From: Dudresnaya verticillata
Taxonomy: Eukaryota
Direction: 5' to 3'
Length of the DNA stretch: 64,000 bases
NCBI GenBank assembly: GCA_977862235.1
Contig: OZ374563.1
Span: 1-64,000 of the forward strand
In this document: one piece after another, positions 22,469 through 35,361 of the stretch
Position numbering within the stretch: the stretch's first letter is position 1
How the letters are laid out: the number at the start of each line of letters is the position of its first letter
Notes under the pieces: generated by a model
The model's database searches: none
Told to the model about the DNA's origin: nothing
Seen by the model: the letters and a program-made list of their open reading frames with translations, nothing else
Made by a program: the position numbers and the translations under genes

Positions 22469-23237
22469 TGTACTGCAGCTGTCACCACACCATCAGCAGC
22501 GGCTGTAAGGTATGTTGACAGCTCCGCACTGTAATAGTGCGCACGATGAAGCCCGCTGGTGAGTCGTAACTGGGCAGCAAGCCCGCTAGTTTTTTGTTGA
22601 TTTTCGACGGCGGTCGACCGCCTTGCTCTCGGCGGCGGTCGCGCGCCGTTCTGCACACAGCGCGCCTCAATGACGCTATCCTGCATCGAGCCGTTGAGAG
22701 GGCCGCTGCCTGGTACCGTCTGCGCGCGCCCAAGGGTACCCGTTACCCGGGCGTGTCGAGAATTGTATGGCCGCGCGCACGCGCACCTCCCATCTTGGCG
22801 TCGCGGGGGCGCATTCGGAGTATGAGTAGACATAGCTGTAAATAGTGTAGTGTATTTAAGGCCGCCTTCCATCGACGGCTCAGTAAACCAGGGAAGCAAC
22901 AGCACACGCTGAAGCTTTCCAACGGCCTTTCGGGATCGATCCCTCTACTCTTCACCAGCGGGCGGTTCTCCTTTTTCCTTGCCTCGCTAGGCTTTCCTCC
23001 TCCCTTTTCTTTCCCGTCGGCTTCGTGCCGCCCTTCGAAAGTAACTCTGGGATCCGACAGCTGCCTACCCGCGTACATTACGCCCCGTAGGTGCTCCGAC
23101 ATCGACGCCGTTGATCCGCACCTGCGGGGCGCAAGCGACCTGCACCGCTCTACCACTAGCTACCCATCGACGGGTCTGTGTGACGGCTTCGGACCAGCGA
23201 GTATCAGACGTCGGATCGATCCGACGTCTCTACTACA
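22469..23237 (+). mobile_element. Solo LTR, same family as 14080-14888
   Basis: TG...CA ends; colinear over its full length with the 14080 copy. Confidence 0.8.
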
Positions 23238-24402
23238 GGTGTGCATAAAATGCTACGTGAGACGCTCAACATAAACTAAGTAGCTCAAGTAGATGAACCG
23301 GATAGCCAAGGATGCCTCGCTCGGCACTTTCAATGTAAAATGCACTGCAGTAGTATTATGGCACTTACTGCGAGAAGTTCTTTGATATCGGCTTGTGTGG
23401 AACGATTCTGACCTTGGCACACTGCAAGCGCGGCATTGACTGCTGTAGAAGCTACTCCATTAATGCACAAATGTTCGTGAAGTTCCCATTTGTCCCCTTC
23501 CTTTGCTCCCATATATCTGTTTCGGGTGACTGCGGCAATTAGAATGGAAATGGCAGTCACAAACGCAGCTTCCTACGCATGCCTGTCATGCGTGTGGTAC
23601 AATGCGCAGGCTTCATATTTTTGGTACCGATTTCTGTAGGAGCTCCAGGGATCGCTTCATGCCATACACAAAGTATATCTCAACGGTCCTTCTTACTAAG
23701 AGTGTGAAGCTCTGTTATTGAGGACCGTTTCTGAGCCTTCTGAGTAGCACGTAAGGGAACCCACTTTCTCATCCGTGTGATTGTACATGTCTAATTCAAC
23801 CGCAGTGGAACCCGGCGCCGTACCAGACAGATGCGGGAAGTGCTTTCGCCGTTCCCGTTACAGGCACTTACTGGAATTGGCGGACGTTTTTTCTCCTGTA
23901 CATGCAACTTCTGTTGCATCGTGAGCAACCTTCTCCTTTTCTTTGCGGCGCTGCTTCCACCCCTGTTGCTCTATTTTCACCCATATATTTTACTTTTGAG
24001 ATGCAGAGATGGTGTATTTATTCAAATGGTGATGGAGCAGTAGTCGGGAACTAAATATGCTAGAAGAAGGGGGAGGCGGTTCCTCATCTTCTTCGCACCG
24101 ACACAATCCGATTTATAACGTACAGCAACTTCACCCGAGCTACAAAAGCAGTCCTCCTCATTGCATCAACAAGCTCCCCTGCAATGCGACCCACCTGCGC
24201 TCAGAATCTCTGACAGCTCCAGTTCCAGACCTTGCTTCTCCACTGTCATTTACTCGTTGTCCACCCCAAACCTCGGCACGCGACTCCTGCCCTTCTTGCA
24301 CCTCGGAAGATCCCAAACGTCAACAGCTCAACTCGGTCCTTGATTACATCTTTGGATATCCAATGACGATCCTACGAGCACAATCTTCGAGTTGTCAAGA
24401 AC

Positions 24403-26705
24403 TGTAACGGGTAGTGTAAGTTATGTACTGTAAGATAGGCTAGCACCGTCGGTACGGACGACGCTGGATCCCTCGACGAGTGTGGGACCGAACCCTATAT
24501 CAAGGGACACAGTACCCGAGCCACTCCGCTATCATAATCATCATCATCTCTTACCAATAAACCTCTGTGTCACCCACATGGTAGCATCGACTGGGCAACG
24601 TTTCTCGTTCTAGCCGCTGTTGATTCCTTGGCTGAGACATCGCTCGCTTTATCAGCATCTCAGATCGCATAGATTTCTTCAACATTGTCCACTGGCAGAG
24701 TTCCCGTGCACCACGACGAGCACACTCGACGGAAGATTCCGAGCTTATGGCATTAGATGCCGCACTTCGCTGTATCAACAACTTGCGAAATATCGTCTTC
24801 CAGCTTGCCAAGAAGGAGGTACCCATTGTCGTGTACATCGACAACCAGACTCTCTGGGACAACCTCATGAATGAAACGGTTCCTTCTATCCCCAAGATTG
24901 GGTACCGATGCCGCGAGCCGATTCACGACGGAAAAATTGCTTCAGTATGCCTCATTCCGGGTAACAGCAACCCCGCAGATGCAATGACCAAGGCGAAACC
25001 AAACAAGATACTAGCCGCCTCTATCTCCGAGAACCGCTGCGAAACACATAGCAAAAGAGTGTTCATGCTTCAAGATTCCAAGTATCGAAACACCCCGTGG
25101 ATTCCAACAGCAACTGTTCCCATGCCCCGAGCAACAGCTGAGAAGAAGAATTAACTACGTCTACGCTTCCCCAATAATTGTACCTTCAACTGATACACTT
25201 CTCCCGCATGCAATTTCCTGGAAGCATTACCGGCGCACATTTTCAATGTAATCTTGGACAACTTCACGGGCCACGCTTCTTCCGAGTCCCAGATGGGAAT
25301 TCTTCCTGCATCGACTGCAACGCAATGATCCATCGACGGAGGATCACACAACCTCACAAGCCACACACCCTTCCCTGGTTAGTTATCCAACTAAACCCAT
25401 CCTCCCTCATTTCCTTCTTCACCTTCTTGGATAAGCCCACAATGGTGATCCCTTCACCCAACTGGTGAATCAATGGACCAAGCTGGCCCAAGTTGCGAAC
25501 ATGCTGTGGCATGTCCTTCAGTTTCTCCTGCACCTTGAGACCCATCTCAATCCCGCTGAGACACGTAACAGCATGCAAGACTGAAGCCAAGCACAGGACA
25601 TGAGATTGTTCCGCGCAAATACACGGTTGGCCTCTCGGTAATGATGCTGAGCCAACGATGCGTTCTCATTACGCGCACCGGGACCGCCAAGGAGAACTGC
25701 AACGCCGTTATTGCGTCTGCAGAAGCAAAGCCGACAGTCGACAAGATTTTCGTCCCACTCCTGTCCGACATTCCAGTCAAGGTCCTCTTCGGTTAGGACA
25801 CACTGTCTTGGATAATTAATTTGAGACCTTTCCAACGCCAGCGTTGGAAACTTGAAGCCAACTTCTCCGCGACACGACAGCAAAATCGACTCTGGATCGA
25901 TGGTATGGAAGTTTTCGTGACCACCTGTCATCTTCGCAGAAGCGTACACGCAACCGTCAAGCAAGCGTTTTCCATTTTCCCCACTACCCTTGGAACCGTC
26001 ACCCACAACTATTGCTTTGAACTACCACGGCACACCAGGCAGTGCCCTGCGCCATCGCGGTCGGTTACTGCAATGCAGATCGCGCGTCCTCCTCCCGGTT
26101 GGCTGTTCCCCCTTACAGAAGCCCAATATCGTCCGAAGTGCAAAAGGGATACTGACCAGGTTCACGAAGTAGCCTGAGGGCTCCGCCACGCAGCAAAACA
26201 ATGGCGCACGCTACCGGGAATTCGGTATAGTACTGTACGCAGTGTACACGCGCACCGCACAGTATCCCGTAGGAGCAACGGCGCTCCGGCGCACTGCAGT
26301 GCGCAGTTGGCACCGTACTCGAGACACGGCTGCGTACCAACGGGAACGAGGGACACTGACGCAGCAACACGGCTTCAGAGTGATAACCGGGCTGCGCTCG
26401 AGCGGTTTAGGCGGGCAGCTATGGTTTTATACTGTATGTGCAAGTGCTCACACACTCCTCGGCCACCGTAGGCGAATTTTCCGGTACTGCACGCATTGGC
26501 CGATTTTTTCAAAGTTTGGGAGGGGTGAATGTAACGGGTAGTGTAAGTTATGTACTGTAAGATATGCTAGCACCGTCGGTACGGACGACGCCGGATCCTT
26601 CGACTAGTGTGGGAACGAACCGCATATCAAGGGACACAGTAACCGCGCCACTCCGCTATCATAATCATCTTCTTCTTTTACCAATAAACCTCTGTGTCAC
26701 CTACA
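24403..26705 (+). mobile_element. Internally deleted 2.3-kb Copia-derived element with 176-bp LTRs
   Basis: LTRs 24403-24578 and 26530-26705 (about 13 differences by eye); PBS TGGTAGCA at 24579; PPT GGGAGGGGTGAA; TSD AGAAC/AGCAC; Copia RNase H tail VYIDNQ...NPADAMTK at 24747-25154. Confidence 0.9.
25151..26006 (-). pseudogene. Twice-frameshifted antisense ORF inside the Copia element; papain-like (C39-like) cysteine peptidase motifs
   Basis: Joining three overlapping ORFs gives NNLMSCA(L)ASVLHAV ... VWLVRL ... DHCVAVD ... IWDSEE, with Cys-His-Asp in the expected order. Confidence 0.5.
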
Positions 26706-26899
26706 AGCACAGTCGCTCGGGGCAGTATTCCTCACCGCCATCTTTCGTCCGATTTCTAAGTTGCGATTTCTGCGGTGCGTTCCACCGAGCAGCCTTTCAC
26801 ACTGACGCTGAGTTGTGCTACATTCTGATTCACAGAAGTTCTCGGCCAGCGAGACTGACCGGGATGCATCGCACTTAGTCCAGGGAGGCGGAGAATGCA

Positions 26900-29110
26900 T
26901 TGCGTATGTAACAAAAGATAACTGTGAACGAAGATTTGCTGAGAGACAGAGCGTTTGGAATGGCACACGCCCTTCCCGACTCCATAGCACAGTTCGGTTT
27001 TCTGCTGGCGCCAACTGGTGTCGCTCCGCAATGTCAAGGCGAAGGCATACCAGTTCATCTTACAGCAATAGAGCCTGCATGGCTGCCGCCATTGAATCGT
27101 AGAAAGGCCCTTCTACTCTTAATGGCCCTAGTAATCGACGCAAGTTTGTTTTCAGCCGAAAAGGCACCTTTTAATCTCTTTCTAGTACTCCGCGATTCAA
27201 TATACGACCGCGCATGTGCAGGTTGGAAACTGCTCCCGCAGACCTTGAAAATATTGTGTTCTGCGGATTCCCGCCACAATTGTAAGAGCATATGATACCA
27301 GTGCCGCCGAGCCTAGCGTCTCTGCCACCCGCTTCCTGAAGATGAAACGTAGAGTTGTGCTTAGTCTCTGGGCCTTCCCCTAGCCCAACAAACATGATTC
27401 GGGAACTTGAAATTGGCACAATGTGTGATAAGCTTAAACCCTAGCAGCCATTGGTGCCGCCCTGCCTTCTTGCTCCGCTATTTGTGCGGTAAAATCTTTG
27501 GAGTCTTTTTGCCAATGTAGAAGCACTTTAATGGTCCGAAATCTGTCTTTTTGGGAGCCTGTAGCTACGAACGTAGGAACGGTCGGACAAATTAGCCATT
27601 GGTGAGCCTCAGCGTTCTTCGTGAAGATGAACGCATTAAGAATCCTGTTATGCCTTCAGCTGGTTCTTCTTCTAGAGTTGGCCTGCATTTTCTGGGGTCT
27701 CTTGACTAAAGCCAAGTACTGCTTCTATTCGCTGCAACGTTTGTGTACCAGCAATTAACGATGCTGGGCGCCATTTACATCTTCTTTCACATCCTGGCTT
27801 TGGAATGCAACGGTAGCCTGAACGGCAGAAGCTGTCGGCAGCAGGGCAGAGATCATTAGTCGATACATTTTGAGAGCTTCTATAGTTCCGTTAATATCAG
27901 GTGGATCAATTGCGTTCTGCTCTTATATCAAAGCCCTTATCGTAAAGAATACAGTTTGAGGATACTATCGTGACAGCCGAACCATGAAATACCTTATGCC
28001 CACGGCTTTCCGTATACCCAATATCAATACCAACTGTAAAAGCCATGGTAGCCACATCCCACTGGGGATATCTGCTACCAGCTGTGTCATGAAATTTACT
28101 ACTCCTTCACATGCAATTGACTGTGTCATGGTTGACAGGTTTTCCGATGTCCTGTTCTTATTACCGGGCTGTAGTCCTGACTCATAGTCCTGTCTCAAGC
28201 CATTGCTTGAATCAGACGCCTTAGTAGCATTGCCTACTAAAACATCATCCCTCCTATTGCTCTCGGGATTCTTGTTTGCACATCCAGGGTTAACAAGCGC
28301 AGAACTCTTGGAAGGTAACTTCGAGACTTGCGAGGTATGAATTGTACCGCCTGACGTAGACAGTTAACAGCTGCCTCTCGGTATTCAAGTCCCGCTTCCA
28401 CAGAATCTTTACTCTCTCCGTCATCCAAGCTCGGAAAAACATGTTTCTCCACTACACCTCCTGGCGACATAAAATTGGCTTGGTACATGTTGCAGTGGAG
28501 GCCCCAGGCGAGCCAGACTGATCCAAAGTCGCTTGAAGTAGACAAATCTATTCAATAGGCGTCCATGATATCGTCATATATCCCTAAGGCAGCACAAAGC
28601 TTACCTACGCGTAAATAGCGGTGCCTTCCGTCCGGCTTTGAAGTGGACAATATGTATGTTCAGTTTGTGTAGACCGGGCTCTGTGCTGTTGTCTAGGCCC
28701 TGTGCATAAAACGTGTATGTGCGAGCGGTTTCGCTAGCCTTGACACCAAGTATGCCGTGGGTTCCATTTTGTCAAAGGCGCGCATAGATTTTGAAGCGCA
28801 TGTAACGCCATGTCTGGAAAACACTGCTTTCGAGAGGCATTCGAAAAGTCTGTACATTCCAGACTATTTAGTTGACACCCATTTCTGGTACTTGTTGCGG
28901 TAATGCTTGAACGATAGCAGCAGAGACTTGGACTTGCAGGATCAGGCGGTGACAGCATTTCCGTTATTGCGAGTACGACCAACAACAGTACTTTCATTCT
29001 GGGCAGCACCGACCTTCAGGCTTGCCACCTCTTTCAATGCTTCCAGCATAATAAAGCCGACTGCATGGACATGGCTTTTCCATGTCAAGATGTCGTTTCA
29101 CACAAACATT
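26900..29110 (-). pseudogene. TRRAP: Decayed fragment of TRRAP/Tra1 (PIKK family) FAT region
   Basis: Ordered fragments NASRKQCFPDMALHAL, VWLAWGLH...AVNCLRQAV...KSRSYLPRVLRLLTLD, DIPSGMWLPWLLQL and QTVFFTIRAL recall the Tra1 FAT motifs; many stops and frameshifts. Confidence 0.55.
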
Positions 29111-29249
29111 AGTGGCCCGTGCTGCGAGGGGAGCACTTCCTGTCATGTGTCAGATAGCCTAAAATTATTTATATTATGATCTACGTTGATGCTTCCATCA
29201 CAGTGTCTGTATCCGTGAAAGGCACCAACAGAAGCAGAAGTACGCGTGA

Positions 29250-29965
29250 CGCACTGTGGAGTTGTCACAGTAGCGCATGCCGTCCTGGGGGCGGCATGGG
29301 AGCGGCAGCACAGTGCCTGGGCGCAGTAGGGGGCGCCATGTGCATGGTGCGCAATCATGGCCAAAGTAAGTTCTCAGCGCAGCAGCGCACGCTGGCCCTG
29401 AGGACGGCGTTGAAGCGGCAGGAAAGTTCCCGAAGAAGTACTCATGGGCCTGGACGCGGTTCGCAAACGGGCAGGAAATTGCCAAGGCTCAGCAGTGAAT
29501 GGTCCATGGATGCCGAAAGGGGGCGTTCAGGACAGTGCCTGGGCGTAGACCGCCCTGGGCGTGGTAAGCGATCCTGAGCAGGGCAATGTGTGGACACAGA
29601 GCCGCATGCGGACCTGGGCGCGGCGGAAGAGTGGGGCGGGCGTGGGCCAAGGCAGTTTCTGGGAAGGATTTTGATGAAGGACAGGAGCCGCCGAAGGGGG
29701 GCCGGGCCATAAGAAATTTCGGATTAATGTTTGTTACAGAAATTCCGAAAGTTGGAACGTTTCGCGAAAGCTTCTGCCGCCACACAAAAATCAGCGAAAG
29801 TGCTATAGCTTCTGAACGAAACGTTCGTTTACAACACTGGTTTCACCCCTACTCGCATCTCACTTTTCCATTTCCAAAGTATGAAAGAAACATCTGTTCT
29901 GAAAACTTCTGTGAGGCACAAAAACGTTCTGAAATATCGCAAATCAGTGTTTTAGTTATTTCGCG
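29250..29965 (+). repeat. Unclassified interspersed repeat, copy 2
   Basis: Colinear with 15330-16140. Confidence 0.8.
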
Positions 29966-32399
29966 GTTTACCGCGAAGTGCTGCCGTCGTCATCGCAGAG
30001 CAAGCTGGCGACATGTCAATCGGTAATTGATTCCCGAAGCCTTATTTTCTGCAAACCAAAATCAACCAGGACCTCTCAGGCACGGACTTATGGGCGAGGA
30101 GCAAACCAAAACGGATTACCTCGAACTATTTTGACGCTGGACGTACGTCCAGAAAGTACTTTCCTACTTTTGAGTGACAATGGTCAGCTTAACGCGCGTT
30201 TCTAACGCTCTGAGCAGCAATGTCTGCGAAGGTTAACCTTCGTCAGCGAAGGTTTGAGATCTCAACGATGGATAGCAGGAGCACATGGCCATGTATCCAG
30301 AAAACAGCTGCCAAGGTTGATGGAATCTCTCTGGATCCTTACTTTGCTGAAGAGAACGGGGAGCTGGTATACATAATGACGAACGAGAAGCTACACATGA
30401 GGACGACATAACTGCTGTGCAGGCGTTCGCGGATACCATGGATGCTGCCAGCAAAACCTCCCAAACGCTTTTTCCCGAAGCGCCGATACGAAGCTCCTGC
30501 TTTAAAGAACTACCTGAGCAACTCGCGGTTCTTAGAATATTCCGTTCTTCGGAGTTTGATGCACTTTCAAATAATCTTGGGAGTGTGGAGGACTCGGTGC
30601 TTTCGGTTCTACTGAACAGCGCTTGAACACCAGTTTTCATGGGACGGATAAGCTGGCATCTCAGTTCGACCAACCTGCCAGAGAGACCATCTTGTACTGA
30701 TTTCTTCGCTGTTCTGAGTTCTCCATATCGATTTGTGGCTATTTTGATGCTTTGGCGGACGAAGGTACTATCGACGACGCCTGCGTTGTTATGCAGAGTT
30801 ATGCTGAGGACAGTTAGGAAACATCTGGAATGCGAGCACAGGAAAAGCCGCTGTTCAGGGGAATAGAAATGAACGCAGGTTGGCGATTGTGTTCGGAAAC
30901 ATTCAAGGCTCTTCTTGATGATATCGTGTGGAAAGTGAAGAAGAAACACAAACCTAGAGGTACTAATGCATCAAACTGTAGGCTTTCCGACTTGAAAGGA
31001 GAGATAGGCACGTGCTGCAGAATCGTTGTGCTGGAAGTCTGCATCTGGGTGTTGATGAAAGTCGGTCTGAATTCAGCAGAGAGATCGCTACTCAAACAAG
31101 GGCGTAACATTGCTTGCGCAAAGCTCGTGACTATCCCTGAATCTGCTGATGGGCATTCACAGAAAGGGGTTGAAGGGAGTTCTCAGAGCCATGGTGTTCA
31201 CTGGAACACCGTAAGCAGTGCTCTTCTGGATTGCATCCCCTATCGCAGTACAGAGGTTAAACCGGGCGTTATTCTAATCCTGGACCGTAACGTCGCTAAC
31301 AATATGTATACACGCCTGTTCAGACGGATGACGCAGAATATTTCATCTCCAAGCAAGCAAGTTGTTTGCAGAACAAGCAAGGAAGGTCATCAAGCAAATA
31401 TTTTGCAGCGTGACAGAGCTTCGGTTGGAACCGCTAGCTACACTCATCATGGATTGCAAGCTTCATATTCCGGTCGATAAGATGGGCCATCGGATTATCA
31501 TTTCCCACCTTATAACGGTGCGCCGCACTTCTATGGACGCGGTTCCGGAAGAAAAGGCGGTATTGGTTGCGGTTATGGGCGTCCGATTGGACAAGAATAT
31601 CATGGTAGATACCGTAATGATAAGATGTATCATCCTCGTGGATCATTCCACAAAGCATCTCTACGTCTTCATCATAGCGCAGACTGCAGAGGCTATAGCC
31701 TATACGATTGTGGCCGAGCATTTGGTCTTGGTGGAGGTGGTGGACATGTTGTGCCAAGCCAGTCCCCCGCGTATACACACCAAGTGCCTGACGAGGCTCC
31801 TCCGCCTCCAATGGTCAAGAATACGCATCCACCGCCATCTGAGCAGGGAGACAAGCAGTAAACGTCGCGGAGTTGGTCAACCTCTACAGAGTCTTCCCGC
31901 GAGCGCCTTGATGCATGAAGGGACGATGACAATTTATTAAGGCCCGGCTAAAGTTTCTGTCACGGTGGATATATCGGAACCAAGGCATCCAGGCTTCCAG
32001 GAAACCCTAAAGAACAAGAAGAAGCAAGAGGAGACAAAAAGGTGTCAGAGTGACGTTCTGCAATCGGCCGGGATGCATCGTGATGCCACTCAACAATTTT
32101 TGAGGTTAAGAGGCAGGGTGACATCTGTGCACTCCGCAACTTTCTTTCAGGCCTTACGCCACAAGACATAACCATTACACGAAGATTGTCCAGACTCTGA
32201 AAACGAGGACATGAAAAGTACGAGGAACTGTACGGTACATCGAGTACACTAACTATCCAGGCTCAGAAGAAGCAGAAGAAAACCTTAGCTTCCGCTAAGG
32301 CCTTCGGTAAGACGTTGCAGGTACTGTACTCTCAGATTACAACATGCGGAGTGCATGGATTCAACGAGGAAGATGTAAGGCCTTCTAATGTTGAGTTTG

Positions 32400-34620
32400 G
32401 CCTCGTGAGGGAGCAAGGTAACGACTAAATATAATGGGTATTGAGAACGAATAGAAGAATGTTCAGCAGGAATGCTATTTCAACCGGAGATCGTAGTACG
32501 TATGCACGACACTGGAAAACGTTCCAATATTTGGAGATACGAACAGCGCTTCGTTTGAAATTATTGCAGAAGTACAGGGGTTTTATGCGTTCACCAAAAA
32601 CGTTCCGGGAAGATGTGTATGCAGGGCGCCGAAACGATCCATTCGTATGACTTCATGTGCAGAGCGTTTTTTCGTTAAAGTACGTCCGTACTTTTCCAGC
32701 AACTGCCACGGATGATGAGCAGAGTACAAAGCTTGTTGAAAAAGTCCCGGGTATGTTCACATGCATGACATTCTTCCATGGAGGTGACCGCGAACCACCG
32801 GATGGTGTCAACTCTGGGCTCCAACGCATCGTATTGCGCTCTATAAACAAATGTTCGATGAAATGTGTACTGGGTCAGCACATGAGCGTTATCGCGAGGC
32901 TGACTGGCAACACGGTAATTTCCTATAGATGGAACGGCGGGCCGATGAAAAAGGACGATCTCTATGTCTGCCCCGTCATTTGCCTCACTCCACTTCACCG
33001 GGGGTTCAGGCCTATAAATGAGCTGAACGTGTTACCTATTTCTCTGCAAACACTTTTCTTCAAGCCCGTGATACAATCTGAAAATTTTGAGGAGATTCGA
33101 GACGGTACTCCTCTATCAGTAATGACACCCGGAGTTGACCCCGGATGTCTGTCCTACGTGGAGAGTCTACCTGCGTCACAAACAAATGAATCACAGAAGC
33201 GTGCGATGTTGGATTTCCTGAAGTATATCGGAGAGTTCATTACCGGTTCAACTTCGGTGTCCGAGATTGTTGTGCCGCCTCGGAAGAACACATTTATTGT
33301 CTCCAAGATAGGAGCTCTTTTGCTCCATTCCAAAGCAGGGCATTTTCAGTCTGGATCAGAGCCCAAAACTTCGTTGGAGAGAAAGGATGATGTATTGCGC
33401 TATCCTATTAATAATACGTTTGGCGTACGTGTTCTAATGTTTTGCAGCTCTAATCAGGCTGTTGTTAACGTTTCACGCAAGCTAGAAATGGGTGTTCCGG
33501 ATGGAAGGGGGACTTAAGCCCATTAAAAGTTTCAGAGCGATTTTTGGGCCGCTTGGAACTGGGAAGGCCACAGTTATTGTCTCCACGGTTGGTTATAAGT
33601 TGGGAAAAATAAGTATAAGTATGGGGTTTTGCAGAAATATTCTATGCGAGATCTGGCTTTGTCGTACGATCTAGAATTGTAATACGCTTATGAGGAAGAG
33701 GGATATCGAACGAACCCTTCTCGTCGTGCAATGCGGCAAACAGTGCAGGAAGCTGCAGTTGTGCTATGCACGTCATCAACATCAGGCAGCATGATGCTCA
33801 AGAACTTGAAGCCGATGAGCGGATCGTTTTGCAACGTCGTCATTATTGATGAACGTGCCAATCTTGGGGGCCGGAAAAATTAATACCGATAGCTTCCCCT
33901 GCAGCTGAGCAGAGCGTGTGCGGTACCTTGCATGTCCTTATTGTTGGTGCCCATCACCACCTGCCCCTGTGTCAATGATGGAAGACACCGTACAGAATGT
34001 CATGCGGAGACTGTTTGTCAGCTTCTCTTTTCTTGAGCAGAAGAGATCCCTATTTGAGCGGTTCATGTGGCAGCAACCTTACCCAGTCGCCCAGTTGACT
34101 CAGCTGTATCGATAGTTGGATGGATTCCCATCCACCTATATCTAGGATCCAGACGTTTCTGACCTACAAGATAAGGGTTCGTTCTCCTGTGGATACGATG
34201 CCTTCGAACAGGCCATATAATGACGTAGGTCTGGTTCAGCTGGCCTCGTTCACATTCATTGACACAGTTATGCTGTTCAATTGCTTTTAAATACAGCAAC
34301 GCCCCAAATCTGGAACGTATATCAACAAGGAGGCCGAGATCGTAAATGGTTTCCTGAAAGTAGTTTGATACATGGTACCAGATGAGCTTCACGGAAATAG
34401 CACTGTAATAGCGCCGTACAGATCTCAGGTCGACTTCCTGAGGAGTTATCTCAGGTCTACTGGTACCGCTCTCGACATTCTGGGTAGATATTTCCGGAAC
34501 GTACTCATAGATACTGTGGATGCGCTGCAGGGCTCGGAGAGGAAAGTGACTATCTTGGAATTCTCACGTACCTAGGTAACTGCGGTGGAGGAATGTGGGT
34601 TTGCAGAAAATTGAAACGGG
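32400..34620 (+). pseudogene. Decayed SF1B (Upf1/Sen1/DNA2-NAM7-like) helicase; N-terminal remnants may extend back to ~30200
   Basis: Ordered motifs NESQKRA, VLMFCSSNQAV, VVLCT, VVIIDE, LIVG..HLP, RSLFERF, LTQLYR, VIAPYRSQV, TVDALQGSERKVTI; broken by stops and frameshifts. Confidence 0.8.
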
Positions 34621-35361
34621 TCTGTACAGGATTTCTTCGTCTCTCTTAAAACTCTTTTCAAACTTCAACTGCAATGTATTGCTGCGTGTAGTGTGGCGGT
34701 GTTCATGTGCAGCAAGCTTCAGAAGCCTTCGTGCTGCCTCGTTCCGACAGCAAGCTTGATTCAGTGTGTTTCAAGTAGCTGTCACAGCATCCGGGCTAAA
34801 GTACTTCAAGTTTCATAGGTGAGCCCCAGTCGCAATTACGCAACCAGCAGACAGTTGATGGCAGTCGGTCTGTGTGTTGTGCAAAGTCAAGTTTAAGCTC
34901 TATAAAACTTTTACCCTACTGCTTTTAAAGTTGTGCGGAAGACCTCTTGATCTCGACTTCCAGATGCGATTCGTTTTGTTTGTAGCCTGCCGTCGCACCG
35001 TTCGCAAGCAACTGCACACTGCCGTTCTTATCTGACCCACAAAGCCATGAAGCTCCTCTTTTTCTTCACTCTCCTCGTCCTGTCACTGTAACACGCATTC
35101 ACTGATTTCCTCGCTCTATCGAATGTCCGTCAGACTGTGACCAAGAGATGCGGGTGGTGCAAGAAAAATGCCTGCAAAAGGCAGTTCAAGGATTACAGAC
35201 GCCAGTACCGAACGCTCAATACGGCGAAGCTCCGAAGTGCATCTCCCGCGCTAAGAGAAATCGTAGGCGTTGCCAAGTCACGCTCGAGCTTGTTTCGTTC
35301 GAGTGATCCTAAGTTTGCGCCACACAAAATCCTACGCCGTCTATGACCCCATCGCAGTCGG

